Below are positions 50,757 through 62,923 of a stretch of 64,000 bases of DNA, piece after piece (the first letter of the stretch is position 1; each line of letters starts with the position of its first letter). Position numbers and translations under genes: made by a program. A model generated the notes under the pieces. It did no database searches and was not told where the DNA came from. It saw only the letters and a list, made by a program, of their open reading frames with translations. This DNA is from Nitrospirota bacterium (GTDB lineage: Bacteria > Nitrospirota > Nitrospiria > Nitrospirales > Nitrospiraceae), in the NCBI GenBank assembly GCA_963701855.1, contig CAVPBK010000009.1:64001-128000 (forward strand), read 5' to 3'.

Positions 50757-51958
50757 TATCGTCCTATCCTCGCAGATCGATGCTGTATCACAGTGCATTG
50801 GGCTTGTAGTGATGCGCCAGGCCAGGCTCGGAGAAGTTCGCAGACTCGCTGCACCTGGTCCTCCCGCTGTTCAGGGAAACAGGGAAGAGTCAGAATACGG
50901 TCAGCTAATCGCTCAGTAACGGGAAGGCAATCCCCTCCCCTGATACGCCCTGCGTAGGCTGGCTGGCGATGGACCGGCATCGGATAGTGTCTGGCTGTGC
51001 GGACTCCACCGCGAAGGAAAAACTCCTCCAAGGCCGAGCGAACTTCGCACTCCAGCACGAAGAGATGCATGGCGTGCGTGGTGCCATGAATTACCGCTGG
51101 TGCCGTCAACTCTGCACAGTGAATGGCCTGGCGATACCGCGTGGCGATTGTACGCCGATGTTCGTTTCGTCGATCCAGGTACGGGAGTTTGACTCGGAGA
51201 ATTGCCGCTTGCAGTTCGTCTAAGCGTGAATTGCTTCCTGTGACATGGCTGACGTAGCGTTCTCGCCATCCATATTCGCGCATTTCGCGCACCCGCTGCG
51301 CCAGGGGTTCTTCATCGGTCACAACAGCACCGGCATCACCCAGTGCACCGAGATTCTTCGTGGGATAGAAGCTGAAGGCGGCAGCATGGCCGAAGGTGCC
51401 AACCTTCCGGCCAGCGATCGCGGCTCCATGCGCCTGGGCACAATCTTCGACAACGGCGAGACCATGGGAGTCGGCAATGGCCAGGATGGTTTCCATCGGG
51501 GCCGGTTGTCCATAGAGATGCACTGGCAGGATGGCCTTTGTCCTGGATGAGAGCGCACTGGTGATCAAATCTGGATTGATGCAGCGTGTCACGGGATCAA
51601 TGTCCACAAACACCGGCACTGCCCCAAGGGTCTCGATAGCGGCCACGGTGGCCACTGCCGTATGTGAGACGGTCACCACTTCGTCGCCCATCTTCACACC
51701 AACCGCCCGCAAGGCAAGGGCAATGGCATCCGTGCCGCTCGCCACTCCCAGGCAATGACGGATACCGAGATACGAAGCCCATTCGCGTTCGAAAGCCGCT
51801 GTCTCATCACCGAGAATGTACGCCCCTCCCGACAGAACTTGCTCGATCGCCTCCTGGATCGAAGAACGCAAGGCTCTCACCTCCGCCCCAGGGTCGGCGA
51901 TCGGAATCCAGTCAGGCTGCAACTGCAGATGACCAGTAGTGCGCAGCGTTGCGTTCAT
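50756..51958 (-). CDS. DegT/DnrJ/EryC1/StrS aminotransferase
   Basis: [45 protein letters not shown]. Confidence 0.93.
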   Translation of the reverse strand: MNATLRTTGHLQLQPDWIPIADPGAEVRALRSSIQEAIEQVLSGGAYILGDETAAFEREWASYLGIRHCLGVASGTDAIALALRAVGVKMGDEVVTVSHTAVATVAAIETLGAVPVFVDIDPVTRCINPDLITSALSSRTKAILPVHLYGQPAPMETILAIADSHGLAVVEDCAQAHGAAIAGRKVGTFGHAAAFSFYPTKNLGALGDAGAVVTDEEPLAQRVREMREYGWRERYVSHVTGSNSRLDELQAAILRVKLPYLDRRNEHRRTIATRYRQAIHCAELTAPAVIHGTTHAMHLFVLECEVRSALEEFFLRGGVRTARHYPMPVHRQPAYAGRIRGGDCLPVTERLADRILTLPCFPEQREDQVQRVCELLRAWPGASLQAQCTVIQHRSARIGR

Positions 51959-52916
51959 AAAACTCCAAGGTGTGCCGAAGGCCTTCCTGAAGGGACGTAG
52001 TGGGTGTCCATCCGAGATGCCTGTGGATTTTCCCGAAATCGCCATAGTAATCACCGATGTCAATGATCTGTCGTTCTACGGGGAAGGGAATCAGCTGATA
52101 AGTCCCTTTCCCATGAAGAGCGATCAGCTGTTCGGCTGTCTCACGCAAGCTGACCGGGTGGTCGTGGCCGAGATTGAAGACCTCACCGTTCGCGCCTTTT
52201 GAAAGAGCGACCCGCACGAAGGCCTCAACGACATCGTCAACATAGTTAAAATCTCGAATCTGATTGCCGGTACCATAGATCAGGATCGGCAGCTCTTCGA
52301 AGAGGCGGCGGATCCAAATCCCCAGAAAGGTTTGTCTCGCATCGACGACCCGCATCCGGGGCCCGTAGGTATTCGTCAAGCGAAGAACTGCAGTCTGGAT
52401 GCCGTATACCTGATGATAGAGTAGGTGATACATTTCGCCCGCGAGTTTGTTGATCCCGTTCACGTCCACAGGATGAAGCGCGTGTGCCTCGTCCACAGGA
52501 AGATAGGCGGGCTTCCCATAGATCTGTCTGGTGCTCGCAAAGACAATCTTGATTTGCGGGTTATATCGTCGACAGGCTTCCAGGATCGAAAGCTGTGCAC
52601 GGGCATTGATTTCCAGATCCGCATGCGGCTGCTCCATCGAATCCAGGTGGCTTGTCTGTCCCGCAAGATTAAACAGGATATCTTGATGCTGGAGCAGGTA
52701 CTTCATGGCGTGATCGTCGCGGACGTCGGCAATATTGACGCGCACCTTGTCGCGAACGGATTCAATGTTCCAAAGGTTGCCGCCATATTCCGGAATCATG
52801 CTGTCTACGAGCGTGACCTGCGCCCCCATAGACACGAGCCGATTGGCCAGGTTGGAGCCGATAAACCCGACCCCTCCTGTAATCAAAATCTTGACTGAGC
52901 GAAGCCCGTCATCCAT
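51912..52916 (-). CDS. NAD-dependent epimerase/dehydratase
   Basis: [28 protein letters not shown]. Confidence 0.92.
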   Translation of the reverse strand: MDDGLRSVKILITGGVGFIGSNLANRLVSMGAQVTLVDSMIPEYGGNLWNIESVRDKVRVNIADVRDDHAMKYLLQHQDILFNLAGQTSHLDSMEQPHADLEINARAQLSILEACRRYNPQIKIVFASTRQIYGKPAYLPVDEAHALHPVDVNGINKLAGEMYHLLYHQVYGIQTAVLRLTNTYGPRMRVVDARQTFLGIWIRRLFEELPILIYGTGNQIRDFNYVDDVVEAFVRVALSKGANGEVFNLGHDHPVSLRETAEQLIALHGKGTYQLIPFPVERQIIDIGDYYGDFGKIHRHLGWTPTTSLQEGLRHTLEFYERNAAHYWSSAVAA

Positions 52917-55701
52917 GACTGCCGGCCTTTCGAAAGACATAGGTCGCTTCAAATTCATCTCGCTCAGGATGGCTGTCGTACTCTAATTGCTTGACCAGCT
53001 CCAGATCTTGATCGCGACACAGGTTAAGAATCTCCGACTCGTTCAATCGCAGTTCATGCGTTTCAATCCCATAGGCGAGCTTTTTGTAATGGCTAGTCGG
53101 ATGTGCCCGACAGACAGGCGTTCGATGAAGCACTACAATCTGTGACGAAACGCGTGCCGCTTCCTCAATATGCTTCGGATAGTCGGCCACGTGCAGGAGC
53201 ACACAGGAAGAGACGGCAATGAGAAAGCTGTGATTGGGAAACTTCAGCGTGGCTCCATCCCCCACCTGGAAGCTCGCTTGTGGGTAGTACTGTTTTGCCA
53301 ACGCCACCATCGCGGGCGAGAAATCGACTCCGACATACGAGATTCTAGCGTTCAAAAGATACTCTAGGATTTCGTAGTAATAGCCGCTCGCGCAGCCGAT
53401 TTCGAGCACACGGCAGTCTGGCGTGATGAAGGGTCTTAAGGCATCAGCCAAGACCTGATAGACCACGGGTGGGTGGCCCTTATACAGAGCGGCGAGCTCT
53501 TGCTGTACCAGCGCTCGCTGCTTGAGGGGAATCGCCGGTGACTGCCAGGATGAGGCCAAAGCTGTGGTGATGTCACCCGGTTGAATCGGTGCTTTGCCAT
53601 ACGACACGTGTGCGAGATCGGGATCGGGAAGGCGCTGATGTCCTTGTCTTTCCACCAGATGCCGGCTTAGGATCTCCGCTGTCTGAGCCATGCGTTTTGT
53701 GTAAGTGTGGTCGCGAAATGTCCTGGCTTGACCCCTGTCAGCGATTCGGCGCGCTTCCTCCTGGTGAGTAAGGTAGTAGCGGACCAGCTCTGCGCATTCC
53801 TCCAGAGACCGATAGGCGATGACCTCTTCTCCAATGGTAAACAGATCGTGGAGGTTGTCTTTATGGTCCGTTACCAGCAACGCACCGCACCCGGTGGCTT
53901 CAAAGAGCCGCATGTTATTGGCGTAGGTCTGCGAGACATCAATATGATGATTGATGGTGATCTGGGAGCGACGAAGAGTAGAGAACATATCGACACCCCA
54001 GACTTCGCCGTGTAGACGTGTCTGTTCGACTCCGGAAGCGCGCAGAGTATCGAGGTCATACCCCCAACATTCGAGCGGGACGAGCTTGGCGAGCGAGGCA
54101 ACAAATAGCTGTCGTTCTTTATGTGCAGGGGAGAGCCCGCCGACGAATGTGACGGCATGTGAACGTTCTTCAGTCGAGAGTGTCCTGGCAATACGTGGCT
54201 CAAATGCCAGCGGCTGATAATAGGCTGTGATCCCCTGTCTTCGGAAGTCTTCAATGAAATGAGGGAATGAGGAGAAGATGAGATCGAGCCCCTTCAACTC
54301 CGCATGAACTGGAATGGGGGAGGCAATTTGCCCGACGATGAATGTGACATGATGACGGATGCACGCCAGAAACTCTTTTGTGGCGAGTCTCAGATCCTGA
54401 AGGTAGAGAACCTCAGGGCGTCGTCGCCGAATCTGTTCAATCGCGATATCCATCAGCTGTCTATGGCCTCGATAGCCTTGTTCCCGCGCCCAGGATTCCT
54501 GAAGAGGGGCGCAATTGACGATCACATCTTCAGCCTGCCATCCTGCCAACATCATCCCAGACGAGTAGAAATCGCTGTCGCCGAAGCAGGCTTGTTGAAG
54601 CGCGAGGCGTTGTGCCTCATACGGTTGCGATACTCGGTCAGGCATCAATCGGTAGTGATGTGTCAGAAAACCTGGATAATAGGTATTGAGGAAGAGGCAT
54701 GTCGGCTGGCCGGCGAGCGATGGCGCCGGAATCGCTTGGACCCTCTCTGACTGGTCTCTCGTCGCAACACACTCGCATGAGAAGGGAGTCTGGGCAGGCG
54801 ATGCCGGCGGTAGCTGCTCCTCCATGTGATGACTGTGTCCTTGCTCAGCTGGTTCGAAAAGCCGGTGCAGAAAAGATCGTGCAGGTTCGTGGGTCAGAAA
54901 CTCACGCGAATTGAGACGTGCCGTCAGGAGTCCCTTGCCCAACCAAAACACACCGCAGTCCTTCACATAGCCTAGACGGTCCCACCAATCAGCAATAGAG
55001 AGTTCGCTGTCCCGCAAGGCGTCGTCCATAAAGATCCACGCATGATCAGCCAGAAAGTTCCTGACAAGTGGTATTGTTCCGAAACGACCTCCATAGTCCG
55101 CAGCAGGCCCATCAACAATGACGAGATCGGGTCTGCTTGGTCCGAAGAATTGGTGGAGCTCCTGATCGTTTAACTGGTAGCATTCCGTCCGCACATGTTG
55201 GATGACCTGGGATATTAGCGGGGCCGTCATGAACCGCACGCTCTCGTGCAGGCCATGAAGCCGGAGGCGGGATTCGATCCGCTGCACATACTGTGGAGAT
55301 TGATCCACGCTGAAAATATGTGGGGTCTTCGATGTGCCATGCAATCTCCGCATCATACAAGCCAAGGCCAGCGTACTGGCGCCGCTGCCGAACTTGAGAA
55401 TGGCTTGCGGACGCATCTGCTCGACCTTGTTCAAGAGAAAGTCGATGGCAGCCAAAGTCATCGACCATTCGCCCAACGGAAGCCCTTCCAAGACTGCAGC
55501 AATCTCCGGGCGAAATGTTGACGGATATGTATGGGGCATGGCAGTCGGTGGTGCGAGGGAATCTGCACCTGGAACCCAGACAACCGCGCGTCTCCACAAC
55601 GACAGGCACGCAGCAAGAGGCATAGGGATTTCTCGAAAGGCCGCTCGCGCTGAAATAAGCAGAGCGTCTATATCAGTTGAAGCTTCGATAGCCTGTGGCA
55701 C
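52909..55701 (-). CDS. Methyltransferase + CgeB-like glycosyltransferase + class I methyltransferase fusion
   Basis: FGSGAST..VDGP..MDD; NMRLFEATGCG, HTYTKR; LEIGCASG. Confidence 0.82.
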   Translation of the reverse strand: MPQAIEASTDIDALLISARAAFREIPMPLAACLSLWRRAVVWVPGADSLAPPTAMPHTYPSTFRPEIAAVLEGLPLGEWSMTLAAIDFLLNKVEQMRPQAILKFGSGASTLALACMMRRLHGTSKTPHIFSVDQSPQYVQRIESRLRLHGLHESVRFMTAPLISQVIQHVRTECYQLNDQELHQFFGPSRPDLVIVDGPAADYGGRFGTIPLVRNFLADHAWIFMDDALRDSELSIADWWDRLGYVKDCGVFWLGKGLLTARLNSREFLTHEPARSFLHRLFEPAEQGHSHHMEEQLPPASPAQTPFSCECVATRDQSERVQAIPAPSLAGQPTCLFLNTYYPGFLTHHYRLMPDRVSQPYEAQRLALQQACFGDSDFYSSGMMLAGWQAEDVIVNCAPLQESWAREQGYRGHRQLMDIAIEQIRRRRPEVLYLQDLRLATKEFLACIRHHVTFIVGQIASPIPVHAELKGLDLIFSSFPHFIEDFRRQGITAYYQPLAFEPRIARTLSTEERSHAVTFVGGLSPAHKERQLFVASLAKLVPLECWGYDLDTLRASGVEQTRLHGEVWGVDMFSTLRRSQITINHHIDVSQTYANNMRLFEATGCGALLVTDHKDNLHDLFTIGEEVIAYRSLEECAELVRYYLTHQEEARRIADRGQARTFRDHTYTKRMAQTAEILSRHLVERQGHQRLPDPDLAHVSYGKAPIQPGDITTALASSWQSPAIPLKQRALVQQELAALYKGHPPVVYQVLADALRPFITPDCRVLEIGCASGYYYEILEYLLNARISYVGVDFSPAMVALAKQYYPQASFQVGDGATLKFPNHSFLIAVSSCVLLHVADYPKHIEEAARVSSQIVVLHRTPVCRAHPTSHYKKLAYGIETHELRLNESEILNLCRDQDLELVKQLEYDSHPERDEFEATYVFRKAGSHG

Positions 55702-55822
55702 TAATCCTCCTTCTTGCGACTGCTCGCTTGTTGCGGACTACAAAAACAAAAGATTCATCTGCTGAGCGCTGCGCGTACTTTCAAGCAAATGCTGCCGATG
55801 CGGAACCTTTGATTGGAAGCCA

Positions 55823-55839
55823 AGCAAGGCCTGCGCCAG
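55823..55839 (-). promoter_or_regulatory. Putative sigma54 promoter heading the glycosylation operon
   Basis: CTGGCGCAGGCCTTGCT (TGGC-N8-TGC) ~120 bp upstream of ORF 55701. Confidence 0.65.
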
Positions 55840-55955
55840 TCGTCGAAGAATCGATCAGAATAGACAAATGTTGGTTGGACAGCGGTTTGCCAGGAAACAC
55901 GCATCTGAGATTGAGGTCCAGCCAGGCAAGCATTGCCTAGTGTCCGGCAATTCCG

Positions 55956-56690
55956 TCATGGTCCTGACAGTGGCGTCAAAAATCCCCAATCGGTTTGGCG
56001 CTGCATCACGGCATATTCAATGGCCTTCTGAACATTCCCTCCCCACCCGCGATATTCGATGGCTTCTTTTCCGTTAAAGCGGAACTCAACGCCAAGTGCG
56101 AGGGCCCCGTCGCATTCGGCAATATTCTTGATCGCACCGGCGAGATGCGTGACATGCCCGATCCCGATCAGTTCGAATTCTAAATAGACCGTGGCGCCCA
56201 TCACCACGTCGGCTCTCGAACTTTGCAGGATGATCCGGCATCCTGACAGGCTGATATCCTGCAACAGACAGCCAATGGGAGCGGAACCAATCGACGTGGC
56301 TAACGTCGCGTCTCCATGGATACCCTGCATCAGGAGCAATGGTTCATTGCTGGCGACGCGCGCATCCTTACGAAGATGGATTTCCTCGGTCCTATGAGGG
56401 AATGCAAGATAGAGAAGAGGAAGCGGTGACATCTGTGCCATGCAGACTTCGCTTCGGTATGCGACAAGCTTGCCGGCCACCATCGAGCGGACAAGACAGG
56501 GGGTTCCCGTTTCGCACGGAACCGCTTGCCCGAAATGAAACGGCCATTCGCAAATCAGCCAAGACCTCTCTTTCCAGCCCATTAATGTGGATCCGCAGTT
56601 GACTTTATCAGGACCGGAACCGATGACCAGCTGGAGCGGCAATCCGACCTTGAGAATCGACGATTGTGCGGAGGCATGCTCTGGTTCCAT
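55956..56690 (-). CDS. YcgR-like flagellar brake (PilZ)
   Basis: PilZN-like N-terminus, RKDAR and DISLSG motifs. Confidence 0.85.
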   Translation of the reverse strand: MEPEHASAQSSILKVGLPLQLVIGSGPDKVNCGSTLMGWKERSWLICEWPFHFGQAVPCETGTPCLVRSMVAGKLVAYRSEVCMAQMSPLPLLYLAFPHRTEEIHLRKDARVASNEPLLLMQGIHGDATLATSIGSAPIGCLLQDISLSGCRIILQSSRADVVMGATVYLEFELIGIGHVTHLAGAIKNIAECDGALALGVEFRFNGKEAIEYRGWGGNVQKAIEYAVMQRQTDWGFLTPLSGP

Positions 56691-57916
56691 CAGGCAGCTT
56701 CCTTATCAAGATAGGTGCGAGGTGTGATCCCCAAGACGGCCGGATCAAGGATCGACACGATCGTCTGATCCGGCTCGCTAGCCTGCGCCGCGAGGTCGAA
56801 ATCGACAGGACGGGGTCGCCGATGCCCGGTTTCATCCGTGATCAGCACGACCAAGGGCCGTATTGGAGCCTGATGATTGAATTGCTTTACGATCGCCGTC
56901 TCCCCCGTACTCAGCGAGACACATGAACCGACGGGATATACCCCCACGACCTGTACGAACTGCTGGACCAACGTTCCGTCTACGTGGCCCGGAGTTCCCA
57001 ATTGATAGAGAAACTGAAGTGTGTCGTGAGGTGTTTTCCCTTTGTGATAACAACGGTCGCTCGTCACGGCATCGTAGATATCCACAATGGCGGCAATGAG
57101 GCCGAACTGACTGATATCTATTTTGGATCGGTGATGGGGATACCCAGTCCCGTCAACGCGCTCATGATGCTCCAATAAGGGCTTCAGAAACATATCGGTG
57201 AGACCGGTGGTGTTCGACAGTATCTCTGCGCCGCGCATGACGTGTTGCTTCATGATCTCGAACTCATTGGTCTCATAGCGGCCTGGCTTGTTCAGAATCT
57301 CGATTGGAATCAGCGTTTTTCCAATATCATGCAGCAGCATCCCTGTTCCAAGCTGAAGCAACGACACCCGCTCATACCCAAGATGTTTTCCGACTGACAG
57401 AGCCAGGGCGGAAGTATTGACGGAATGAAAAAAAGTGTATTCGTCAAAGTTTTTGAGGCGGGTCAGACTGGTAAGCGCGTCTGGGCTGCGCAGGATGCTG
57501 TCAGCCATGCTCTCGACCACTTCACTGACCGCCTCCATGTTCAACGCCCGGCCCATCCTGACGTCTTCCATGGCTTGCTGAATGACCAGTTTCGCGGCTT
57601 TGTAGACTTGTTTTGCTACCGGCAGCTCTTCGGCAAACGGAATGGCCGTCGGTTCGGGCTCCGGCGTTGGAGATATCGGCTGAGTGGCTTCAGCCTTCGC
57701 CGTCATAGCCGGCACGAACGAGCCGGAGTCCTGGCAGACGTTGTCAGTTTCAACATCGAGTTGTTGAACACCGCTCGCCTGCAGTTGTGCGATTTGCTCT
57801 GAAGACGTAATCGTGAATCGATGCCGTAAGAACGGCGTAGCCAGCCAAGAACGATCGAGTTTCTCGACCTTCATACCGATTTTCAGTTGATCGATGGAAA
57901 TTCGCTTGCGCATCAT
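56690..57916 (-). CDS. DUF3391 + HD-GYP phosphodiesterase
   Basis: LKIGM..W, YTFFHSVN, LLHDIGK, HHERVDGTGYP, GVYPVGS. Confidence 0.92.
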   Translation of the reverse strand: MMRKRISIDQLKIGMKVEKLDRSWLATPFLRHRFTITSSEQIAQLQASGVQQLDVETDNVCQDSGSFVPAMTAKAEATQPISPTPEPEPTAIPFAEELPVAKQVYKAAKLVIQQAMEDVRMGRALNMEAVSEVVESMADSILRSPDALTSLTRLKNFDEYTFFHSVNTSALALSVGKHLGYERVSLLQLGTGMLLHDIGKTLIPIEILNKPGRYETNEFEIMKQHVMRGAEILSNTTGLTDMFLKPLLEHHERVDGTGYPHHRSKIDISQFGLIAAIVDIYDAVTSDRCYHKGKTPHDTLQFLYQLGTPGHVDGTLVQQFVQVVGVYPVGSCVSLSTGETAIVKQFNHQAPIRPLVVLITDETGHRRPRPVDFDLAAQASEPDQTIVSILDPAVLGITPRTYLDKEAA

Positions 57917-58053
57917 CCTCCGGGGACCGTAAGCGAGCGACGACACTGGTGCTCATCGAACGTAATTACTCAGGTGTTCAGGCTGAAGACTAAAATCCTT
58001 CAGCCTATCTACCTGAGTAGATACCATTGAGCACCAACATGTCCTGATGGACT

Positions 58054-58081
58054 TTATCGGTGTCGAAGGGAGAAATCTTGA
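58054..58081 (-). promoter_or_regulatory. Putative sigma28 promoter (HD-GYP/YcgR operon)
   Basis: TCAAG-N15-ACCGATAA. Confidence 0.7.
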
Positions 58082-58148
58082 GGGAAAACGAGTGGCCGAC
58101 GTATCGGGAGCCAATACAGCACATTGGGCGGCACTTCCTTGGTTTATG

Positions 58149-58176
58149 TCAAGTTCAGCTCGATTGTTCCCGATAG
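58149..58176 (+). promoter_or_regulatory. Putative sigma28 promoter (HD-GYP/hybrid kinase operon)
   Basis: TCAAG-N15-CCCGATAG. Confidence 0.65.
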
Positions 58177-58267
58177 CACAGTGTGGTGGACTCTCCTTCA
58201 CATGAGGGAGTTTGCGTCATCAATCTGTCCAGCAATCACTATACGGGCACATAGATAGGCATTGTAG

Positions 58268-59917
58268 ATGAGACCTGTGAAAACAATCACGATCGATCAA
58301 CTCAAACCGGGGATGTTCGTCGTTGGAATGGACCAATCCTGGTATCGAACCCCCTTCCTCCTTCATAAACGCCTCATCCGCGATATGAATGACATTGAGC
58401 TGCTCCGACAATATGGGATCAGGGAAGTGAAGATCGATCCTGGTCGTGGCCTCGATCTGGAGCCGGTTCCCTCAGGAGACTTATCTCCGTCGTCGAACGC
58501 ACAGGACACAGCCGCCCCCCCTCAACCGAGCTATGCGGCACAACCGGCCTCAACAGAACAGGTTCCTCTGCCTGCCTCCAGCGTTGAAATATATGCAGCG
58601 CAACTGATCACGCCGGTCAGCCAGCAAACTTCGCCGAGGTCGTCGAACGCACAGGACACAGCCGCCCCCCCTCAACCGAGCTATGCGGCACAACCGGCCT
58701 CAAGAGAACAGGTTCCTCTGCCTGCCTCCAGCGCTGAAATACATGCAGCGCAACTGATCACGCCGGTCAGCCAGCAAACTTCGCCGAGGTCGTCGAACGC
58801 ACAGGACACAGCCGCCCCCTCTCAACCGAGCTATGCGGCACAACCGGCCTCGAGAGAACAGGTTCGTCTGCCTGCCTCCAGCGCTGAAATACATGCAGCG
58901 CAACTGATCACGCCGGTCAGTCAGCAAACTTCGCGGAGGTCATCGAACGCGAGGGAACAGGCAGCGGCAAGCCAAGAGACCTATAGAGAAGCGACCTGTT
59001 CGATGCAGCGTATGTTTGAAGAGTTGGAGGCGGGAATCGTCCCTCGACCAGATACGTTGCGAACAGTCGTCGGGAATGTCCTCTCGCGTGTGCTGGACGA
59101 TGGCGCCTCCATGCTCAGTCTTCTCTCTCTCCAAAAGATGAAACGATTCGATCGTACATTGGCCTCACACGCACTCGATGTCTGTACTCTCTCTCTCATT
59201 GTGGCGCAGGATCTTGGAGTTGCGGAAGGAGACTTGGAAGCGCTCGGCGCCGGCGCATTGCTGCACGACATCGGTTATGTCCGGTTGCCGAGGAATCTGT
59301 ACCGAAGAAACCATGATCTTACGGAGCAAGAGCGCGCACTGATGCAGCAGCATTCTGCGCTGGGATTGGCGATCTTACAGGATGCACAAGAAAACCGTGA
59401 CGCTGTCATCAGGATTGTCGCGGAACATCATGAGTGCCTCAATGGGAGTGGGTTCCCGCACAAACTTACGGGAGACTCCCTCTCTGTCCTGGCCCAGCTG
59501 GTCGGTCTGGTAGACGCCTATGACGGCATGGTGAGCCGCCGTGGAGGCCGTCCTGCGATGTTGCCGCATGATGCCATCCGGCAATTGTTTCAACTTGGGG
59601 ACACGGGACAGTACGCAAAGGATTTGGTCCGAGCCATGATCGGCAGTCTTGGTGTCTATCCGATCGGCAGTCTGGTCCTGTTGAACACGGCAGAACAGGC
59701 GGTGGTCGTGGGGGTGAGTCACACACATCGGCTCAAACCGGCCGTCAAAGTGATTACCGGGCCTCATGGAGAATTTTACCCCACGCCAATTCTCGTCGAT
59801 CTTGGGGCCCAGGCAGCAGGAGGTTCAGAACGGATCATCAAGAAGGCGCTGGACCCCCTACAAGAACGAGTGAACGTGGCCATGTTTCTTGATGGTATTC
59901 ACGAAGAGGCGGCCTGA
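58268..59917 (+). CDS. DUF3391 + HD-GYP family protein with internal 50-aa tandem repeats
   Basis: [32 protein letters not shown]. Confidence 0.9.
   Translation: MRPVKTITIDQLKPGMFVVGMDQSWYRTPFLLHKRLIRDMNDIELLRQYGIREVKIDPGRGLDLEPVPSGDLSPSSNAQDTAAPPQPSYAAQPASTEQVPLPASSVEIYAAQLITPVSQQTSPRSSNAQDTAAPPQPSYAAQPASREQVPLPASSAEIHAAQLITPVSQQTSPRSSNAQDTAAPSQPSYAAQPASREQVRLPASSAEIHAAQLITPVSQQTSRRSSNAREQAAASQETYREATCSMQRMFEELEAGIVPRPDTLRTVVGNVLSRVLDDGASMLSLLSLQKMKRFDRTLASHALDVCTLSLIVAQDLGVAEGDLEALGAGALLHDIGYVRLPRNLYRRNHDLTEQERALMQQHSALGLAILQDAQENRDAVIRIVAEHHECLNGSGFPHKLTGDSLSVLAQLVGLVDAYDGMVSRRGGRPAMLPHDAIRQLFQLGDTGQYAKDLVRAMIGSLGVYPIGSLVLLNTAEQAVVVGVSHTHRLKPAVKVITGPHGEFYPTPILVDLGAQAAGGSERIIKKALDPLQERVNVAMFLDGIHEEAA
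58491..58950 (+). repeat. 3 x 150-bp in-frame tandem repeat plus a partial unit
   Basis: Units start at 58491, 58641 and 58791 and differ by only a few substitutions. Confidence 0.97.
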
Positions 59918-62793
59918 TGAAACCTAACGCAAAGATTCGCGCGAAAGCATCTCATCCTTCAGAATCACCCGTGTCCCATAGCCTCATATACCCTGCTCTG
60001 TTGGATACACTCCCAATCGGGGTCGTGCGGCTCGACAGTCGGCTGCGCATCCTATCTGTCAACGTTGAAGCTACCCGCCTTCTGGGACTATCAGCTGATT
60101 GCTGTTCATCGAAATTTCTGCGTGAAATATTGCCGCAGCAACCAGGGGAATTCAGCCACAATATCTCAACGCGCATTCAGGAATCCCTTCCCGATCGTCG
60201 CCCCATACAAGCAGCCCACACGATACTCATTGGCCCTGCGCATCAATCGTATCCGGTTGAATGGAGCTATATTCCGCTGGATGCCGGAGAAGATTCCGGC
60301 GGGGTGTTGACGCTACGAGACCTGACCCGCGAGCAAGAGCTGCAGCAAGATTGCGACCGTCTGGCGCGCGTAGCAGTAGAAAGTCCGTCGCCCATTATCG
60401 AGTTGGACTCCGATGCGAATCTCCTCTATGCGAATCCCGCGATGACACAGCTGTTGCAGCAGTTCGGCTATGCGACCAGCGGATTTCCCGCCGTGTGTCC
60501 TGATGAGCTATCGCGGCTCGTTCAACACTGCCTCAAATCAGGACAGGAGATACGGGTGGAAGAAGTCCGCGTAGCTCAGGCCAGCTTCGCGTGGATTTTC
60601 TGCCCAGTCCCCTCCCATCAATTGGTTCGCGGTTATGCAGCCGATATGACCGACATAAAGGCAGTCCAAGAGAAGCTGTGCCAGTCAGTGGCACTGCTCC
60701 AGGACAGCAATCGCCAATTGGATCAGGCGCTTCAGACAGCGGAGGATGCCTCTCGCGTGAAGGCGTCGTTCCTCGCGACCGTAAGTCACGAGTTACGGAC
60801 GCCTATGAACGGAGTCATTGGGATGACGGACCTATTGATGGATACGGAACCATCGGAAGAGCAACAATCCTATATCAATCCCATTCGTCAATGCGGCGAG
60901 GCCTTACTATGCTTGATCAACGACATTCTTGAGTACGGCAAGATCGAAGCGGGCAAACTGGAGCTGGAATGTATCGACTTCAACCTTCGCACGACAGTGG
61001 AAGATGTCTTGGGTCAATTCGCGGCACAAGCACAGAATAAAGGGCTGGAAATCACCGGTTTGGTGCACGCAGCCGTACCGACAGGCCTACAAGGCGATCC
61101 GGGGCATCTCCGGCAGATCCTCACGAACTTCATCGGCAACGCGATCAAGTTCACCGAACAGGGTGACGTGACGGTTCAAGCCTTCCTCGAACAGGATTTG
61201 GTCGATACGGTGGTCGTCCGATTCGAAGTTACCGATAGCGGAATCGGCATCCCCCCTGAAATACAAGCTCGACTATTCCAACCGTTCACCCAGGCTGACA
61301 GCTCCACCTCACGCAAATACGGAGGGACCGGTCTCGGGCTCGCGATTTCGAAACAGCTCGCCGAACAAATGGGCGGCACCGTCGGCATCACTAGTCAACC
61401 GGGATGCGGTAGTATCTTCTGGTGTACCGCCCGCTTCCTCAAGCAGAGGACATCCCCATTGGCCATCGTGCCCTCTGCCGAGTTGGCCGGACGTCGCGTC
61501 CTGATCGTAGACGATAATGAGTCGAATAGGATCATTCTCCATCACTTGGTCACGGGATGGGGTATGGTCGACGATCAGGCCCATGATGCAGCCTTCGCCA
61601 TGGCACTGATCGAGCAACAGGCAAGGAACGGCATAGCATACGATGTGGCCATTGTCGATATGTTGATGCCGGGAAAGGATGGACTACAATTCGCAAAGGA
61701 GATGAAGGTTCACCCTGTTGGATCTCTCGTCCATCTTGTCATCCTCACCTCGCTCATTCAGAGAGGGCATGCGGAACTAGCGCGCCAGGCCGGGTTCGTC
61801 GCGTATCTCACCAAACCAGTCCGTCACGATCAACTCTCAAATTGTTTGAGAACCGTGCTTGGATTGCCGGAAGTTGTGAGTGAAGCGACCGTGACAACAG
61901 TGCCTACGCCTGCACCGACGCTCATTACACGTCACACCCTCGCAGAAACAGGGTCGCCCGTGCGCATCCTGGTGGCCGAAGACAATCTCATCAATCAGAA
62001 ACTGGCCGTTCGCATGTTAGAAAAACTCGGTTATCAATCGGATGTCGTGGAAAATGGTCAAGAGGTGCTGGCAGCGTTGGAGAGAGTCTCCTATGCCATG
62101 GTCCTGATGGACTGCCAGATGCCCCTCGTCGATGGATTAGAAGCCACCAGACTCATCCGGGAAAGCGAGAGAAAGGATTCCGGCGCCTCCGGCCGTTCGC
62201 ACCTGGCCCCTCGCCATGTTCCAATTGTGGCCCTTACGGCCAATGCCATGAGCGGGGATCGAGACCGTTGTCTAGCGGCCGGCATGGACGATTATTTAAC
62301 GAAGCCCATCCGAAAGAGCAACCTCAAGGGAGCCCTCGATCGCTGGATTCCTCTGTCTATTCAACCACAGGCCGCACATCCGTGCGGTGCAGAACACCGC
62401 ACGAATGAAACAGACGCAGAGACTCTCCCCGCCGTCTTTGATGTGGCCACAATGTTACGAAACATCGGAGGCGATGCCGGACTATTGGAGGAACTGGTTG
62501 ACCTGTTTGTTCAACGCCATCAAACCATGTTGGAGGCAATCCGAGCCGGACTGGCCAATACAGATCAAGTAGCCGTCGAACAGGCTGCTCACACGCTGAA
62601 AGGGACTGCCGGCAATCTCTGCGCATCGGAGGTGGTGTTATACGCTGGACAATTGGAGGCGATTGGAAGACTCGGCACGCTGGTTGAAGGCCCGATGATC
62701 TATGCTCAGCTTGAAAAATCTGTACTACGCCTAGTTCGACATCTGAAAGAGCGAAGCCGGAAACACACCGAAACTAGAGAGTGTGCAGCTTAA
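59917..62793 (+). CDS. Cytoplasmic hybrid histidine kinase (PAS-PAS-HisKA-HATPase-REC-REC-Hpt)
   Basis: [27 protein letters not shown], two REC domains, AHTLKG. Confidence 0.94.
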   Translation: MKPNAKIRAKASHPSESPVSHSLIYPALLDTLPIGVVRLDSRLRILSVNVEATRLLGLSADCCSSKFLREILPQQPGEFSHNISTRIQESLPDRRPIQAAHTILIGPAHQSYPVEWSYIPLDAGEDSGGVLTLRDLTREQELQQDCDRLARVAVESPSPIIELDSDANLLYANPAMTQLLQQFGYATSGFPAVCPDELSRLVQHCLKSGQEIRVEEVRVAQASFAWIFCPVPSHQLVRGYAADMTDIKAVQEKLCQSVALLQDSNRQLDQALQTAEDASRVKASFLATVSHELRTPMNGVIGMTDLLMDTEPSEEQQSYINPIRQCGEALLCLINDILEYGKIEAGKLELECIDFNLRTTVEDVLGQFAAQAQNKGLEITGLVHAAVPTGLQGDPGHLRQILTNFIGNAIKFTEQGDVTVQAFLEQDLVDTVVVRFEVTDSGIGIPPEIQARLFQPFTQADSSTSRKYGGTGLGLAISKQLAEQMGGTVGITSQPGCGSIFWCTARFLKQRTSPLAIVPSAELAGRRVLIVDDNESNRIILHHLVTGWGMVDDQAHDAAFAMALIEQQARNGIAYDVAIVDMLMPGKDGLQFAKEMKVHPVGSLVHLVILTSLIQRGHAELARQAGFVAYLTKPVRHDQLSNCLRTVLGLPEVVSEATVTTVPTPAPTLITRHTLAETGSPVRILVAEDNLINQKLAVRMLEKLGYQSDVVENGQEVLAALERVSYAMVLMDCQMPLVDGLEATRLIRESERKDSGASGRSHLAPRHVPIVALTANAMSGDRDRCLAAGMDDYLTKPIRKSNLKGALDRWIPLSIQPQAAHPCGAEHRTNETDAETLPAVFDVATMLRNIGGDAGLLEELVDLFVQRHQTMLEAIRAGLANTDQVAVEQAAHTLKGTAGNLCASEVVLYAGQLEAIGRLGTLVEGPMIYAQLEKSVLRLVRHLKERSRKHTETRECAA

Positions 62794-62923
62794 CATAGAC
62801 AAGATAAGGCATAAAGAAATCCTAGGGCCGCAGCCGGCGAAAGCACCGGAGGCGTAGCCTCTGGGTTACGTTATGAATACTTTCAAGGCGAGACCGCCGC
62901 TGGAGGACGTTTTCAGCATTCTG

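Noticed and set aside
58491..58950. CRISPR array
   Set aside because: Contiguous 150-bp in-frame units with no unique spacers and no cas genes.
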